DNA of 32,000 nucleotides, taken from positions 450,001-482,000 of the forward strand of contig NZ_CP046577.1 of NCBI RefSeq assembly GCF_013365435.1, written 5' to 3'. Every line of letters starts with the position of its first letter. Position 1 is the first letter of the stretch. Below are positions 1 through 9,823 of this stretch, one piece after another. The notes under the pieces were generated by a model. That model made no database searches. It was not told the origin of the DNA and saw only the letters and a list, made by a program, of their open reading frames with translations. Source of the DNA: Wolbachia endosymbiont of Litomosoides sigmodontis. Lineage in GTDB: Bacteria > Pseudomonadota > Alphaproteobacteria > Rickettsiales > Anaplasmataceae. The position numbers were made by a program, and so were the translations under genes.

Positions 1-234
1 GTTATAAGCATCTAAAAAGGTACGCCTGAGCTGCTTACTTGAAATTGCATAGTAAAACTTAAACTTCTTATGCGCAGCAAATTGCTTACCAAAATCAGAT
101 AACCTTTTGAATCCAAGTATGCCACGCTGACCTGGAGGATATTTCCTTTTATTTACTGGATCTTTTGCTCTACCCCATAAGTTTATACCAAGTCTACGAC
201 TGATCCTATACTTTCTATTGATAATAGTTGTCAT
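1..234 (-). CDS. rpsD: 30S ribosomal protein S4, N-terminal part (runs off the left edge)
   Basis: The reverse strand from the ATG (complement of 232-234) reads [78 protein letters not shown]. This matches the conserved S4 N-terminus (KY.I.RRLG.N.WGR.K.P...R.Y.PGQHG....K.SD.G.QL..KQK.K..Y). It is open to the window edge and absent from the ORF track because it is truncated. Confidence 0.85.
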   Translation of the reverse strand, partial: MTTIINRKYRISRRLGINLWGRAKDPVNKRKYPPGQRGILGFKRLSDFGKQFAAHKKFKFYYAISSKQLRRTFLDAYN

Positions 235-353
235 ATTAAAACTCTCACAATTTAACTCTAGGTTATTAAGGATTTTAGCATTGAGTGTCAACTTGTTTTT
301 ACCAATATAATTTCTTATACTTCACTTTCACTTTTGAGTTTTTCTATTAACAC

Positions 354-2339
354 ATGAATCGCTTACCTTTAGAATCCATGGCAAATGCCGTCCGTTTTTT
401 ATCAATTGATGCAATACAGAAAGCGAGCTCTGGGCATCCAGGTATGCCACTTGGAATGGCAGATGTTGCAGCTGTACTATTTGCTAAGTATCTTAATCAT
501 AATCCTAACGATCCTAAATGGTATAATAGAGACCGTTTTGTTCTATCAAATGGCCATGGTTCAATGTTGCTATACTCTATATTATATTTGACGGGTTATA
601 TTAGTATAGATGAGCTAAAAAACTTCAGGCAACTCACATACAAAACTCCAGGTCATCCAGAGTTTGGTTTGACTCCTGGAGTAGAAGCAACAACAGGCCC
701 ATTAGGGCAGGGGTTTGCTACTGCTGTTGGCATGGCACTTGCTGAGTCGATACTTGAAAAGCAGTTTGGAATCAATCACTACACTTATGTAACACTAGGG
801 GATGGTTGTCTCATGGAAGGAATAAGCCATGAAGCAGCATCACTTGCTGGACATCTTAAATTGAATAAGTTGATAGCCCTTTTTGACGATAATGATATTT
901 CTATAGATGGTGCTACTCACCTTTCTTGCTCTGATGATGCTGAAAAGCGTTTTTTAGCATATAAATGGAATGTTAACAAAATTGATGGCCATGACTTTAA
1001 CTCTATATCTCTTGCAATAGAACAAGCGCAAAAGTCTGACAAACCTACATTGATCTGCTGCAAAACCATCATTGGAAAATTCTCAAGTCGTGCCGGTGCG
1101 CCTTCTGCTCATAGTGGTGCTTTTACGGAGGAAGATATAAAACAGATGAGAGAGAAATTAAACTGGAATTACGAGCCATTTTATGTACCAAAAGACGTGA
1201 AAAATGCTTGGATGGAAACGGTTGAGAGAGCAAAACTAAATTATAATTTAGTTTCATTTCAGTGGTGTCAAGCACTGAAATCTAATAAAAATAAAGAGCT
1301 TCAAAGAAGGCTGGATAAACGCTTACCAGATAATATCAATGATGATTTAGCTAACTTAAAGAAACAAATACATAAAACAATGCCAAATGAATCTACAAGA
1401 TCTTCTTTTGGCAAGATAATGGAACTTTTAACTAAGTCTATGCCAGAATTAATTGGAGGATCTGCTGATCTTACTGGATCAAATTGCACTAAATATAAGC
1501 ATATGAAGGTAATAGATAGTAATAACTATAGTGGCTCTTACCTCCATTATGGAGTGAGAGAACATGCTATGGCTGCTTGTATGAATGGGATGGCTCTTCA
1601 TGGTGGAATTCTTCCTTATGGCGGCACTTTTTTGGTATTTTCTGATTATTGCCGACCTGCTATACGTCTTTCAGCTTTAATGAAACAACAGGTTATATAT
1701 GTAATGACTCATGATTCAATTGGAGTAGGAGAAGACGGTCCAACTCACCAGCCGATAGAGCATTTAATTTCTTTGCGTGCTGTGCCAAACTTGTATATTT
1801 TTAGGCCGACTGATGCAATTGAAACTCTAGAGTGTATTAGCATTGCATTAGAAAAAAAAGAGTCACCTACACTATTTGCGCTTTCAAGGCAAAACTTGGG
1901 CTACATGCGCAAATTCCACTCTGATGTGGATCAATCTACTAACTTGTCAAAGTTTGGTGCATACATTTTGTGTGAATGCTTAGAAAAGTTAGAAGTGACA
2001 ATATTTGCAACTGGATCTGAAGTTGAAATTGCAATTGAAGCGAGAAAAAAATTGCAGAAAAAAGGTATAGGTACAAGGGTTATTTCTATGCCATGCTGGA
2101 GACTTTTTGATGAGCAAAGCGATGAATATAAAGAGGTAATATTAAATAATAACAGCGTTAAAGTTGCAATTGAAGCTGGAAGTGAAATGGGCTGGCATAA
2201 ATATATAGGTTCAAATGGTATATTTATCGGCATGAAAAGCTTTGGAGAATCAGCACCTTATAAAACACTTTATGAATATTTTAATATCAATGCGGATCAT
2301 GTAGTAAAATATGTGTGTGAGAAACTGGTTTATATCTAA
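354..2339 (+). CDS. tkt: Transketolase
   Basis: 661-aa ORF. The N-terminus has the ANAVRFLSIDAIQKASSGHPGMPLGMADVA ThDP-binding signature. GDGCLMEGISHEA, the THDSIGVGEDGPTHQPIEHL motif and the length are typical of bacterial transketolase. Confidence 0.95.
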   Translation: MNRLPLESMANAVRFLSIDAIQKASSGHPGMPLGMADVAAVLFAKYLNHNPNDPKWYNRDRFVLSNGHGSMLLYSILYLTGYISIDELKNFRQLTYKTPGHPEFGLTPGVEATTGPLGQGFATAVGMALAESILEKQFGINHYTYVTLGDGCLMEGISHEAASLAGHLKLNKLIALFDDNDISIDGATHLSCSDDAEKRFLAYKWNVNKIDGHDFNSISLAIEQAQKSDKPTLICCKTIIGKFSSRAGAPSAHSGAFTEEDIKQMREKLNWNYEPFYVPKDVKNAWMETVERAKLNYNLVSFQWCQALKSNKNKELQRRLDKRLPDNINDDLANLKKQIHKTMPNESTRSSFGKIMELLTKSMPELIGGSADLTGSNCTKYKHMKVIDSNNYSGSYLHYGVREHAMAACMNGMALHGGILPYGGTFLVFSDYCRPAIRLSALMKQQVIYVMTHDSIGVGEDGPTHQPIEHLISLRAVPNLYIFRPTDAIETLECISIALEKKESPTLFALSRQNLGYMRKFHSDVDQSTNLSKFGAYILCECLEKLEVTIFATGSEVEIAIEARKKLQKKGIGTRVISMPCWRLFDEQSDEYKEVILNNNSVKVAIEAGSEMGWHKYIGSNGIFIGMKSFGESAPYKTLYEYFNINADHVVKYVCEKLVYI

Positions 2340-2359
2340 GCATGAGAGCTATAAAAATC

Positions 2360-2720
2360 ACTTGAAAATTTTAGCTAGCCTTCCTTACTGCAGTTAATCT
2401 AGAAATGGAGAGAGTTTTAATTTACTTATACTGAATGTTAGGCATTGGTTATATAAATACATTTCTTGAACAAATGTTGCAATAAAGGATACGAGAAGCC
2501 TTTCTTACTATGGATTATGATAATTGACATAAGTCAGAAGTTTATAAGGTACCTAAAAATATCGAAGATTACATATTTATCACTATACTTACCTGAGCTC
2601 TTCAAGACTATTGCCGTAATAAAGTCTATAATGCAATTGCTTTGCTTGAGAGCACTTTATGCCAAATTCATTACATCTCTTCCTACTCTACAATATTACT
2701 TACTTGACTTACTAACAATG
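2360..2720 (+). mobile_element. IS630/Tc1-mariner-family transposase relic R1 (middle to 3' part, non-coding)
   Basis: DNA-level similarity to the other relics, for example cagttaatctagaaatggagag and ccgtaataaagtctataatgcaattgctttgcttgagagc. The remnant ...ITYLSLYLPELFKTIAVIK corresponds to the LPYSPELNPIE block of copy R5. It is broken by stops. The 101-aa ORF at 2466-2771 starts with TTG and is relic read-through. Confidence 0.6.
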
Positions 2721-2738
2721 AGAATTGATATTAATAAC

Positions 2739-4253
2739 TTAAAGCACCAGCTTTTTGGGGTTGATACATAATTTTATTAGGAGTTTTGTGACTGTAATTG
2801 CAGAAAACATTGAGCATAAGGTCCCTATCGATAGGGTAACAGAAAAGCCTCTAATTGCTCCTCTACCAATAACAAACATTATCCCAGCAGCAATTAACGT
2901 AGTGATATTTGAATCAAGGATTGTCTTTATTGCATTCTTAAATCCTTCTTCAATAGCGCGAACTATTCTTTTTCCTGATCTTACTTCTTCACGAATACGT
3001 TCAAATATCAAAACATTTGCATCTACTGACATACCGACAGTTAGCGCAATGCCGGCAATTCCAGGTAGAGTAAGAGTTGCTTCAAGTAAGGTGAAAATTA
3101 ACAGTATGGAGACTACATTAAAAAGCAGTGCAACAGAGGCCAATAAGCCTAATTTGCCGTAAATGATAATGATAAATAAAGCAACTGCTATGGTAGAGAT
3201 TATCGCTGCTATTTCTCCTGCTTTTATTGACTCTTCTCCAAGACTTGGACCAATATTTTTTTCTTCTATTATTTCAAGTGGTGCTGGTAATGCGCCAGAT
3301 TTTAAAAGTATTGCAAGTTCGCTTGCTTGTTTTTCAGTAAAATTACCACTAATTTCTCCCTCTCCATTTAGAATTGGTTCACGTATTGCTGGCACAGTTA
3401 AGACTATGTTATCTAAAACAATTGCAAAGGGCTTTCCCACATTTTCTTTAGTGATTTTTGCGAATTTTTTACTTGCTATGCGATCAAATTTAAAATGTAC
3501 TGTTGGTTTACTAAATGAACTAAATCTAACTGATACGTTAAGCAGGGAATCACCGCTTATTTCAGTCTTGCGGAATATTGGGTAAGAATTACCTAAAGAA
3601 TCCTTGAGTATGACAGTTGTTTCGTGGTCTATATCCTGTATTTTAGTTACGTTAGTGTTCGCTAAATGGAAAGTTAGCTTAGCAGTTTTGCCAAGCAGAG
3701 ATTTTATTTGTTCCGTACTTTCTACTCCAGGTACTTGAACTAATATCTTATTCTGTCCTTGTTTTTGTATACTTACCTCTTTAGTACCAAGTTTATCTAA
3801 ACGCTTTTGGACATTATTTATTGACTCTGAAACTACTTGATTGGTTAAAGAATCCTTATAATAAGGCCTGTATGAAATGAAAATCGAAGTATCTTTTCTA
3901 CTCATCTCTAAATTTGGGTTTATTTTATGAATTAATGCTGAAACTTTTTTATGGTCATCAATATTATTTAAAATCACAACTACTTGTTTACCGCCTTGTA
4001 CACTAGATTCAATGTTTTTTGTCAGCAGGCTTTCTTTTATCTCATCGGCTAATATACTCAACTTTTCTTTGAAATAGAAATCCAAATCTACACTAAGGAG
4101 TAAAGATGACCCACCTTTTAGGTCTAGCCCTAAGCTTATTCTCTTTTTTGAGATGAAAAACTTATTATCAAAGAAATTTGGCAGTATTACGTATAAGGAG
4201 AATAAAAAGATACATAACACTGATAAAGATTTAATTATAAGGCTATTGCCCAT
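2739..4253 (-). CDS. secD: Protein translocase subunit SecD
   Basis: 504-aa ORF with an N-terminal TM helix, a large periplasmic domain (LGLDLKGGSSLLL, GTKEVSIQKQGQNKILVQVPG) and a C-terminal 5-TM bundle (PSLGEESIKAG...GIALTVGMSVDANVLIFERIREE). All are typical of SecD. Confidence 0.9.
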   Translation of the reverse strand: MGNSLIIKSLSVLCIFLFSLYVILPNFFDNKFFISKKRISLGLDLKGGSSLLLSVDLDFYFKEKLSILADEIKESLLTKNIESSVQGGKQVVVILNNIDDHKKVSALIHKINPNLEMSRKDTSIFISYRPYYKDSLTNQVVSESINNVQKRLDKLGTKEVSIQKQGQNKILVQVPGVESTEQIKSLLGKTAKLTFHLANTNVTKIQDIDHETTVILKDSLGNSYPIFRKTEISGDSLLNVSVRFSSFSKPTVHFKFDRIASKKFAKITKENVGKPFAIVLDNIVLTVPAIREPILNGEGEISGNFTEKQASELAILLKSGALPAPLEIIEEKNIGPSLGEESIKAGEIAAIISTIAVALFIIIIYGKLGLLASVALLFNVVSILLIFTLLEATLTLPGIAGIALTVGMSVDANVLIFERIREEVRSGKRIVRAIEEGFKNAIKTILDSNITTLIAAGIMFVIGRGAIRGFSVTLSIGTLCSMFSAITVTKLLIKLCINPKKLVL

Positions 4254-4384
4254 AAATTGCAGGTTTAAAATTGTAGTGTAAGTTAAAAATGGATTTTTGT
4301 AAAATTTCCTATCATCTAGTTAATCTATGTTATATAACTTTTCAATCTGGATGGTTAAAACAGTAAGAGGTTTTGTACTTGGCG

Positions 4385-5090
4385 TACTATTGTTTAATTT
4401 TTTGTACTAAAGGTGTTCGAGACATTACCTTTAGTAATACCAGTTCTCTTTTTGTAGAAAGTGCCTCAAGCAAAGCAATTGTATTATAGACTTTAATTAT
4501 ATAAAATGTTCTATATTTATTTTAAGAAATATATTCATACAATCAGCGTTAACATTTGGTGTAAAGGTACTTTATCCATGAAGTTAGCGCTATTCTTGAA
4601 ATGAAACATTTTTTTTACTACATAAGCTAGAACTATCTCCATTTCTGGATTAACTGCACTCTAATTTTACTTTAACCTGTGCCTTAACGCCCTTTTTAAA
4701 CTATACGTATCCAACTTCCTAATGTACCAAATTATACGGTTCATCAAAGAAAAATAACTCTTGTTTAAGATACTTACCAATAGTCTCATTAAGTTTTTTA
4801 AAAATTCTTCCTGTTTCACTTTATCTTGTTCAAATTAACTCTGATTTAATCCAGTTTTTCTGGCATATTAAATGGAAGTAAACAATTTTTTTTCTTCAAA
4901 ATTTTAGCTGTTATACTGTGCTTCTTTGCTACAATTTGTGTTATTTTGTATTTTCTTCAGCATCTCTTTAATGTTAATTTCATCATTTTTATCCAATAAT
5001 TTTAATCTAACACCATTTAAACCTCGCCATTTTACTTGCTTTAGTATGGCTCCTTTTTTATTACTTTCTATCTATTCTTTGATATAGAAA
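4385..5090 (-). mobile_element. IS630-family relic R2 (near full length but decayed)
   Basis: The reverse complement aligns from the element 5' end (caaagaatagatagaaagtaataaaaaaggagccatactaaagcaagtaaaatggcgaggtttaaatgg) through the HTH region to the 3' end (gtctataatacaattgctttgcttgagg...aattaaacaat). Stops and frameshifts run throughout, with no ORF of 60 aa or more. Confidence 0.6.
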
Positions 5091-5489
5091 TAATTGGTAT
5101 TAGTATTGATGGATTTTTGAATTTAAACCGAACTTTTTCTTTAAATTCAGCATTTTCTATTTTTGATGTTCTGTTCTCTAAGCTCTAAACTTTTATTCTC
5201 TCTTTCCAATCTTTCTATTTTGCTTCTAATTTTGCCATTTTCCATTCTAAACTTTAGTGCAAAGTCCTAAAAGATTTACTATCATTACCTTATTTTTGCT
5301 ACATTATTATTCTTTAGTACTATCTTGTTCGTTTTATCTTACCACTCCGCCAAATGGATAGGAAATTTACTAGAAAAAAAGAGAGGCAAAATTCGTGGTA
5401 GAAGTTCTTGCTCTCTAATTCTGCAAATAGGTAAAAAAGCTAGAAATGTTATAAATATAAGGCGCATTTAGATGATATTGAAAGTAAGA

Positions 5490-6095
5490 TTACTTTGAGG
5501 AGCAATTACTTAAATATTCCCTGCTTCCTGGTTTTATTACAGGCAGTTTTTTCAATTTTTCAGGAAGCTCTGCTTCGCTGTAATTTTTAATGCTGAGCTC
5601 AAGTAAAGATATAACAGGAAAAGGTAATTTTGTTTCACTATTCCTCTTTATTAGGGAAGCTTCAGCAATGACTTTACCTCCCATATCTTCTGCACATTTC
5701 ACAGCTTCAAGTGAAGATTTACCTGTAGTTATCACATCTTCAACTAGTAATATTTTTTCACCTTGTTTGATTTCGAATCCACGGCGCAGTTCAAATTTGC
5801 TATTAACACGCTCGCAAAATATTGTTTTCATTCCAAGTTGTCTGCCAATTTCATAGCCCACAATTACCCCACCAATTGCAGGAGAGAGTATTAAATCTAT
5901 AGAGCTGTTTAGTTCTTTTTTTATCTTATTTGCCAGTAGCTCACAGATTTTCATTGCTTTATTTGGATTCTCAAAAATCTTAGCGCATTGTATATATGTA
6001 TCACTGTGCAGTCCTGATGACAGCACAAAATGTCCGTGCAAAATCGCTCCAGTTTCCTTGAATTCTTTTATTATTGGATTATCTTTATCTAACAT
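5490..6095 (-). CDS. pyrE: Orotate phosphoribosyltransferase
   Basis: 201-aa ORF with the PRPP-binding motif ILLVEDVITTGKS, the N-terminal GHFVLSSGLHSDTYIQC motif, and a size typical of PyrE. Confidence 0.9.
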   Translation of the reverse strand: MLDKDNPIIKEFKETGAILHGHFVLSSGLHSDTYIQCAKIFENPNKAMKICELLANKIKKELNSSIDLILSPAIGGVIVGYEIGRQLGMKTIFCERVNSKFELRRGFEIKQGEKILLVEDVITTGKSSLEAVKCAEDMGGKVIAEASLIKRNSETKLPFPVISLLELSIKNYSEAELPEKLKKLPVIKPGSREYLSNCSSK

Positions 6096-6213
6096 TATTT
6101 TTAAGTTTCACCTTTATATTCTTTATTAATTATCTGAGTTACACAAACATCGGACCAGGCATTTATTGAAGTTTCAAACATATAGATGATCGTGTAATAC
6201 CAGTTTACCTTAC

Positions 6214-6480
6214 ACAAGGGACAGATAGACAATATATGGAAAAGAAGCCATGCTGAAGTAAGTAAAATAGCGAGGTTTAAGTGGCGTTGAAATTATTGAA
6301 TGACAAAAAGTTGTGGAATCAGCAAGAGAAATGCTAAAAGAAGTGCAAAATAATGCATATGTTGCAAAAAACAAATGCTATATGAATAAAGCATCTAAAA
6401 TTTTAAAGAAAGTAAAATTGTTTACTCCCTTCAACTTTGTAGAAAAATTGGATTAAATCATGGTCAATTTGAATAGATTA
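6214..6480 (+). mobile_element. IS630-family relic R3 (5' fragment only)
   Basis: It starts with the shared 5' end acaagggacagatagacaatatatggaaaagaagccatgctgaagtaagtaaaatagcgaggtttaagtgg. It forms an inverted repeat with the 5' part of R4 and is truncated where it abuts the 3' end of R4. Confidence 0.6.
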
Positions 6481-7084
6481 AAGTATTGCAAAGTTGTTTA
6501 ATTATGAAGTGAGAAAGAGAGGTAATAAATTTGCACAAAGCGCTCTCAATCTAGAATTATCCATGATAAAAAAGGCTTATCTTATAAATTATACATTTAT
6601 TCAAGAAATATATTTATACAATTAGTGTTGATATTTGGTCTAATAAAGAGATGAAGTTTTTATCTACCTAATTTTACTTTAACCTTATTCTAGTGCTATT
6701 TTAAACTAACCGTATCCAGCTTTCGAATGTGTGTTAAATCACGATTTATCAAAGATGAATAACTCTTGTTTGTGATGCTTACTAATAGTCTCGATATGGG
6801 AATATTATGGTTTTCTTGTATCTATTTTAAATTGACTCTGATTTAATCCAGTTTTTCTACGAAGTTAAAGAAAAGTAAACAATTTTACTTTCTTCAAAAT
6901 TTTAGATGTTCTATTCATATAGCATTTGTTTTTTGCAACATATGCATTATTTTGCACTTCTTTCAGCATTTCTCTTGCTGATTCCACAACTTTGTCATTC
7001 AATAATTTCAACGCCACTTAAACCTCGCTATTTTACTTACTTCAGCATGGCTTCTTTTCCATATATTGTCTATCTATTCCTTGT
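6481..7084 (-). mobile_element. IS630-family relic R4 (5' to 3' ends present, internally deleted)
   Basis: The reverse complement begins acaaggaatagatagacaatatatggaaaagaagccatgctgaag and ends ...ctctttctcacttcataattaaacaactttgcaat. The 68-aa ORF at 6906-7112 lies on the antisense strand of the relic. Confidence 0.6.
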
Positions 7085-7183
7085 ATATAGGAAATTTTAT
7101 ATTGATATATAGTAAGTTCTATGGTTATTTTCTATAATATATAAATATTGGTGTAAGCCAGTATACTGATATATGAATTAAAT

Positions 7184-7283
7184 AAATTTACCATAAAGTT
7201 TAGTAGTGTCTGTTACTGCTTTTAGGTGTGAGGCTAGAGGGTTATTAGCAATAACAGACACTACTAAACTTATTATAAAATTT
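7184..7283. repeat. Large imperfect palindrome / stem-loop (24-bp stem, 28-nt loop)
   Basis: The left arm at 7196-7219 (aagtttagtagtgtctgttactgc) pairs with the right arm at 7248-7271 (gcaataacagacactactaaactt) at 23 of 24 positions. The loop is ttttaggtgtgaggctagagggttatta. The flanks extend imperfectly to aaattt on both sides. A second small palindrome, atttacttaaagtaaat, follows at about 7280-7296. Confidence 0.7.
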
Positions 7284-7421
7284 ACTTAAAGTAAATACTT
7301 AATTTAAAATATTATAATATTTTAACTTAAAACAGATTCATGTAAATGCTTTTTTCTCAAATTAGTATTATAATTATAGCTATTGAATGCTAAAAAAATA
7401 TTAACCATTGCTAATTTCTGC

Positions 7422-7450
7422 TTGCATAGTAAGTTTATATATACTATTAT
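7422..7450 (+). promoter_or_regulatory. Candidate sigma70-type promoter for coxB-coxA-ctaB
   Basis: TTGCAT (7422-7427), a 17-nt spacer, then TATTAT (7445-7450), about 40 nt upstream of the coxB ATG. An AT-rich background makes chance matches common. Confidence 0.3.
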
Positions 7451-7490
7451 CATAGTATGTCAATGTCACTTAATTTTATAGAAAATAAAC

Positions 7491-8255
7491 ATGGTGAAGT
7501 TGTTAGCGCTGTTGTTAATATTTTATTCAAGTATATCAGTTGCTTCTGCTCCTACTTCTTGGCAGTTTGGGTTTCCTGCTCCTGCAACTGAGATAATGGA
7601 AGTTGTAGCTAAGTCACATTCGTTTGTGATGAGTGTAATGGTTACAATAATGCTTTTTGTGTGGGCGTTACTAGCTTATGCAATGTTTCGCTTTCGTAAA
7701 AGTAAAGTGACAAATATAAGTAAAACTCATCATAATGTCTTTTTAGAAATTGTTTGGTTTGTTATACCAATGATTATTGTTAGTGCATTGGCTTTTAAAA
7801 ATGCCAAATTACTTAAGCTACAGGAAAAAATACCTAAAGCTGATATAATACTAAAAGTTATTGGTCATCAATGGTATTGGAGCTATCAATATCCAGAATA
7901 TCAAGGTGTGTCATTTGATAGCTATATTAAGGAAAAGGGCGATTTTGTCAAAGGAGATTTGAGACTGTTTTCTGTTGATAATAACGTAGTTTTACCAGTC
8001 AATACTAACGTTCGTTTGCAAGTGATAGCAGGAGATGTGATACATAGCTGGGGGGTGCCAGCTTTTGGTGTAAAAATCGATGCAATACCAGGTAGGCTTA
8101 ATGAAGCATGGTTTAATGTCAAAAAACCTGGTATTTATTATGGGCAATGCTATGAATTGTGTGGTCAAGGTCATGGATTTATGCCAATTGTTATTGAAGC
8201 AGTAAGTAAGGAAGATTTTAGTAAGTGGATTGAAAATAAAAAGTTAGCAAGTTAA
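7491..8255 (+). CDS. coxB: Cytochrome c oxidase subunit II
   Basis: 254-aa ORF with a signal-like N-terminus, two TM helices and the CuA centre motif HSWGVPAFGVKIDAIPGRLN...CYELCGQGHGFMP. Confidence 0.95.
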   Translation: MVKLLALLLIFYSSISVASAPTSWQFGFPAPATEIMEVVAKSHSFVMSVMVTIMLFVWALLAYAMFRFRKSKVTNISKTHHNVFLEIVWFVIPMIIVSALAFKNAKLLKLQEKIPKADIILKVIGHQWYWSYQYPEYQGVSFDSYIKEKGDFVKGDLRLFSVDNNVVLPVNTNVRLQVIAGDVIHSWGVPAFGVKIDAIPGRLNEAWFNVKKPGIYYGQCYELCGQGHGFMPIVIEAVSKEDFSKWIENKKLAS

Positions 8256-8271
8256 ATTTGGGGTATAGATT

Positions 8272-9822
8272 ATGAGTGACGTACCAAAAGGTATAAGACG
8301 TTGGCTATTTTCTACTAATCATAAAGATATAGGAACTCTATACATTATTTTTTCTATATTAGCTGGAATTATTGGTGGATTATTATCTGTAATTATTCGT
8401 ACTCAGCTAATACACATTAATGTATTCAACAACAACTATCAATTATATAACGTAATGGTTACAGGGCATGCGTTAATAATGGTATTTTTTATGATAATGC
8501 CAGCTCTAATGGGAGGATTTGGTAATTGGTTTGTGCCTCTTATGATTGGTGCATTAGATATGGCATTTCCTCGTATGAACAACTTAAGTTTTTGGTTATT
8601 AGTGTCATCTTTTATTTTGTTTATCTTTTCAGTGTTTGTTGGTGAAGGTCCTGGAACAGGTTGGACTTTGTATCCACCTTTATCACAAGTGATGTTTCAT
8701 CCAAGTGCAGGAGTTGATCTTGCTATATTTGCACTCCATGTTGCTGGTATATCGTCGATTGTTGGAGCGATTAACTTTATAGTTACTATATTTAACATGC
8801 GTGCAAAGGGAATGTCATTGACTAAGATGCCACTGTTTGTTTGGTCTGTTTTACTAACGTCATTCATGCTAATTGTTGCCTTGCCAGTGCTTGCTGGTGC
8901 TATTACTATGCTGCTTACTGATCGTAATATTGGTACTTCCTTTTTTGATCCTGCTGGTGGTGGTGATCCTGTGTTATTTCAGCATCTATTTTGGTTTTTT
9001 GGTCATCCTGAAGTTTATATAATTATTTTTCCAGCATTTGGCATCATAAGCCAAGTTGTGTCAACTTTTTCTCATAGGCCTATATTTGGTTATATGGGAA
9101 TGATTCATGCTATGCTAGGTATAGCAGTATTTGGTTTCATGGTTTGGGCTCATCATATGTTCACTATTGGGCTTAGTGAGAACATTGCTGTATTTTTTAG
9201 CACCACCACAATTTTTATTGGTGTTATAACTGGTGTAAAGGTCTTTAGTTGGATTGCAACTATATGGGGTGGAGCGATCGAATTTAAAACACCTATGCTA
9301 TTTGCACTTGGTTTTATTTTTATGTTTGTTGGCGGCGGCACAACTGGAATAATTCTGTCTCATGCTGGAATAGACAAGCTTTTGCACGATACCTATTATG
9401 TTGTTGCTCACTTTCATTATGCCATGTCGCTAGCTGCTTTATTTGGAGCTTTTGCTGGCTTTTATTATTGGATAGGTAAAATGTCTGGTAAGCAATACAA
9501 TGAGTGCCTGGGGAAAATACACTTTTGGCTTATTTTTATTAGTACAAATATCACTTTTTTACCTCAACATTTCCTTGGATTAGCTGGTATGCCAAGACGT
9601 ATACCTGATTATCCTGACGCGTTTATACCTTGGAATTATATATCCTCAATTGGTTCATACATGTCCTTCATTTCAGTTATGTTTTTTGTGTTTATAGTTA
9701 TACATCTCTTCAAATGGGGCAAGAAAGCTGGAGATAGTCCTTGGGGAGGTGATACTTTGGAGTGGACGGTGTCTTCACCGCCACCTTTTCATGCTTTTGA
9801 AAAACCACCAATGATAAAATAG
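8272..9822 (+). CDS. coxA: Cytochrome c oxidase subunit I
   Basis: 516-aa ORF with 12-TM haem-copper oxidase signatures ([62 protein letters not shown]). Confidence 0.97.
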   Translation: MSDVPKGIRRWLFSTNHKDIGTLYIIFSILAGIIGGLLSVIIRTQLIHINVFNNNYQLYNVMVTGHALIMVFFMIMPALMGGFGNWFVPLMIGALDMAFPRMNNLSFWLLVSSFILFIFSVFVGEGPGTGWTLYPPLSQVMFHPSAGVDLAIFALHVAGISSIVGAINFIVTIFNMRAKGMSLTKMPLFVWSVLLTSFMLIVALPVLAGAITMLLTDRNIGTSFFDPAGGGDPVLFQHLFWFFGHPEVYIIIFPAFGIISQVVSTFSHRPIFGYMGMIHAMLGIAVFGFMVWAHHMFTIGLSENIAVFFSTTTIFIGVITGVKVFSWIATIWGGAIEFKTPMLFALGFIFMFVGGGTTGIILSHAGIDKLLHDTYYVVAHFHYAMSLAALFGAFAGFYYWIGKMSGKQYNECLGKIHFWLIFISTNITFLPQHFLGLAGMPRRIPDYPDAFIPWNYISSIGSYMSFISVMFFVFIVIHLFKWGKKAGDSPWGGDTLEWTVSSPPPFHAFEKPPMIK

Positions 9823-9823
9823 A

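Noticed and set aside
2466-2771. A 101-aa ORF (TTG start), plus a 68-aa ORF at 6906-7112 and a 68-aa ORF at 15062-15268.
   Set aside because: All fall inside IS630 relic DNA. The first is a read-through of a degenerate transposase 3' end, and the other two are antisense to relics. None is credible as a functional gene.
2755-3585. Two long plus-strand ORFs (135 and 140 aa) inside the secD region. Similar antisense ORFs lie within tkt (1931-2233), the yhdP-like gene (13186-13686), gap (16026-16298), the cca-family gene (21993-22301), ychF (24096-24488, 24442-24726), glpX (26208-26474, 26569-26799), addA (30425-30625) and ispE.
   Set aside because: Each lies antisense to, or out of frame within, a gene with unmistakable conserved motifs. 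The translations are low-complexity with no recognisable features. They are typical shadow ORFs.
5090-5489. A minus-strand broken frame, KLEAK.KDWKERIKV.SLENRTSKIENAEFKEKVRF, resembling the coiled-coil N-terminus of some transposases (IS66- or IS3-like).
   Set aside because: Only a short heptad-like Lys/Glu-rich stretch is present, with no diagnostic motif. AT-rich DNA readily encodes K/E/N-rich pseudo-coiled-coils.
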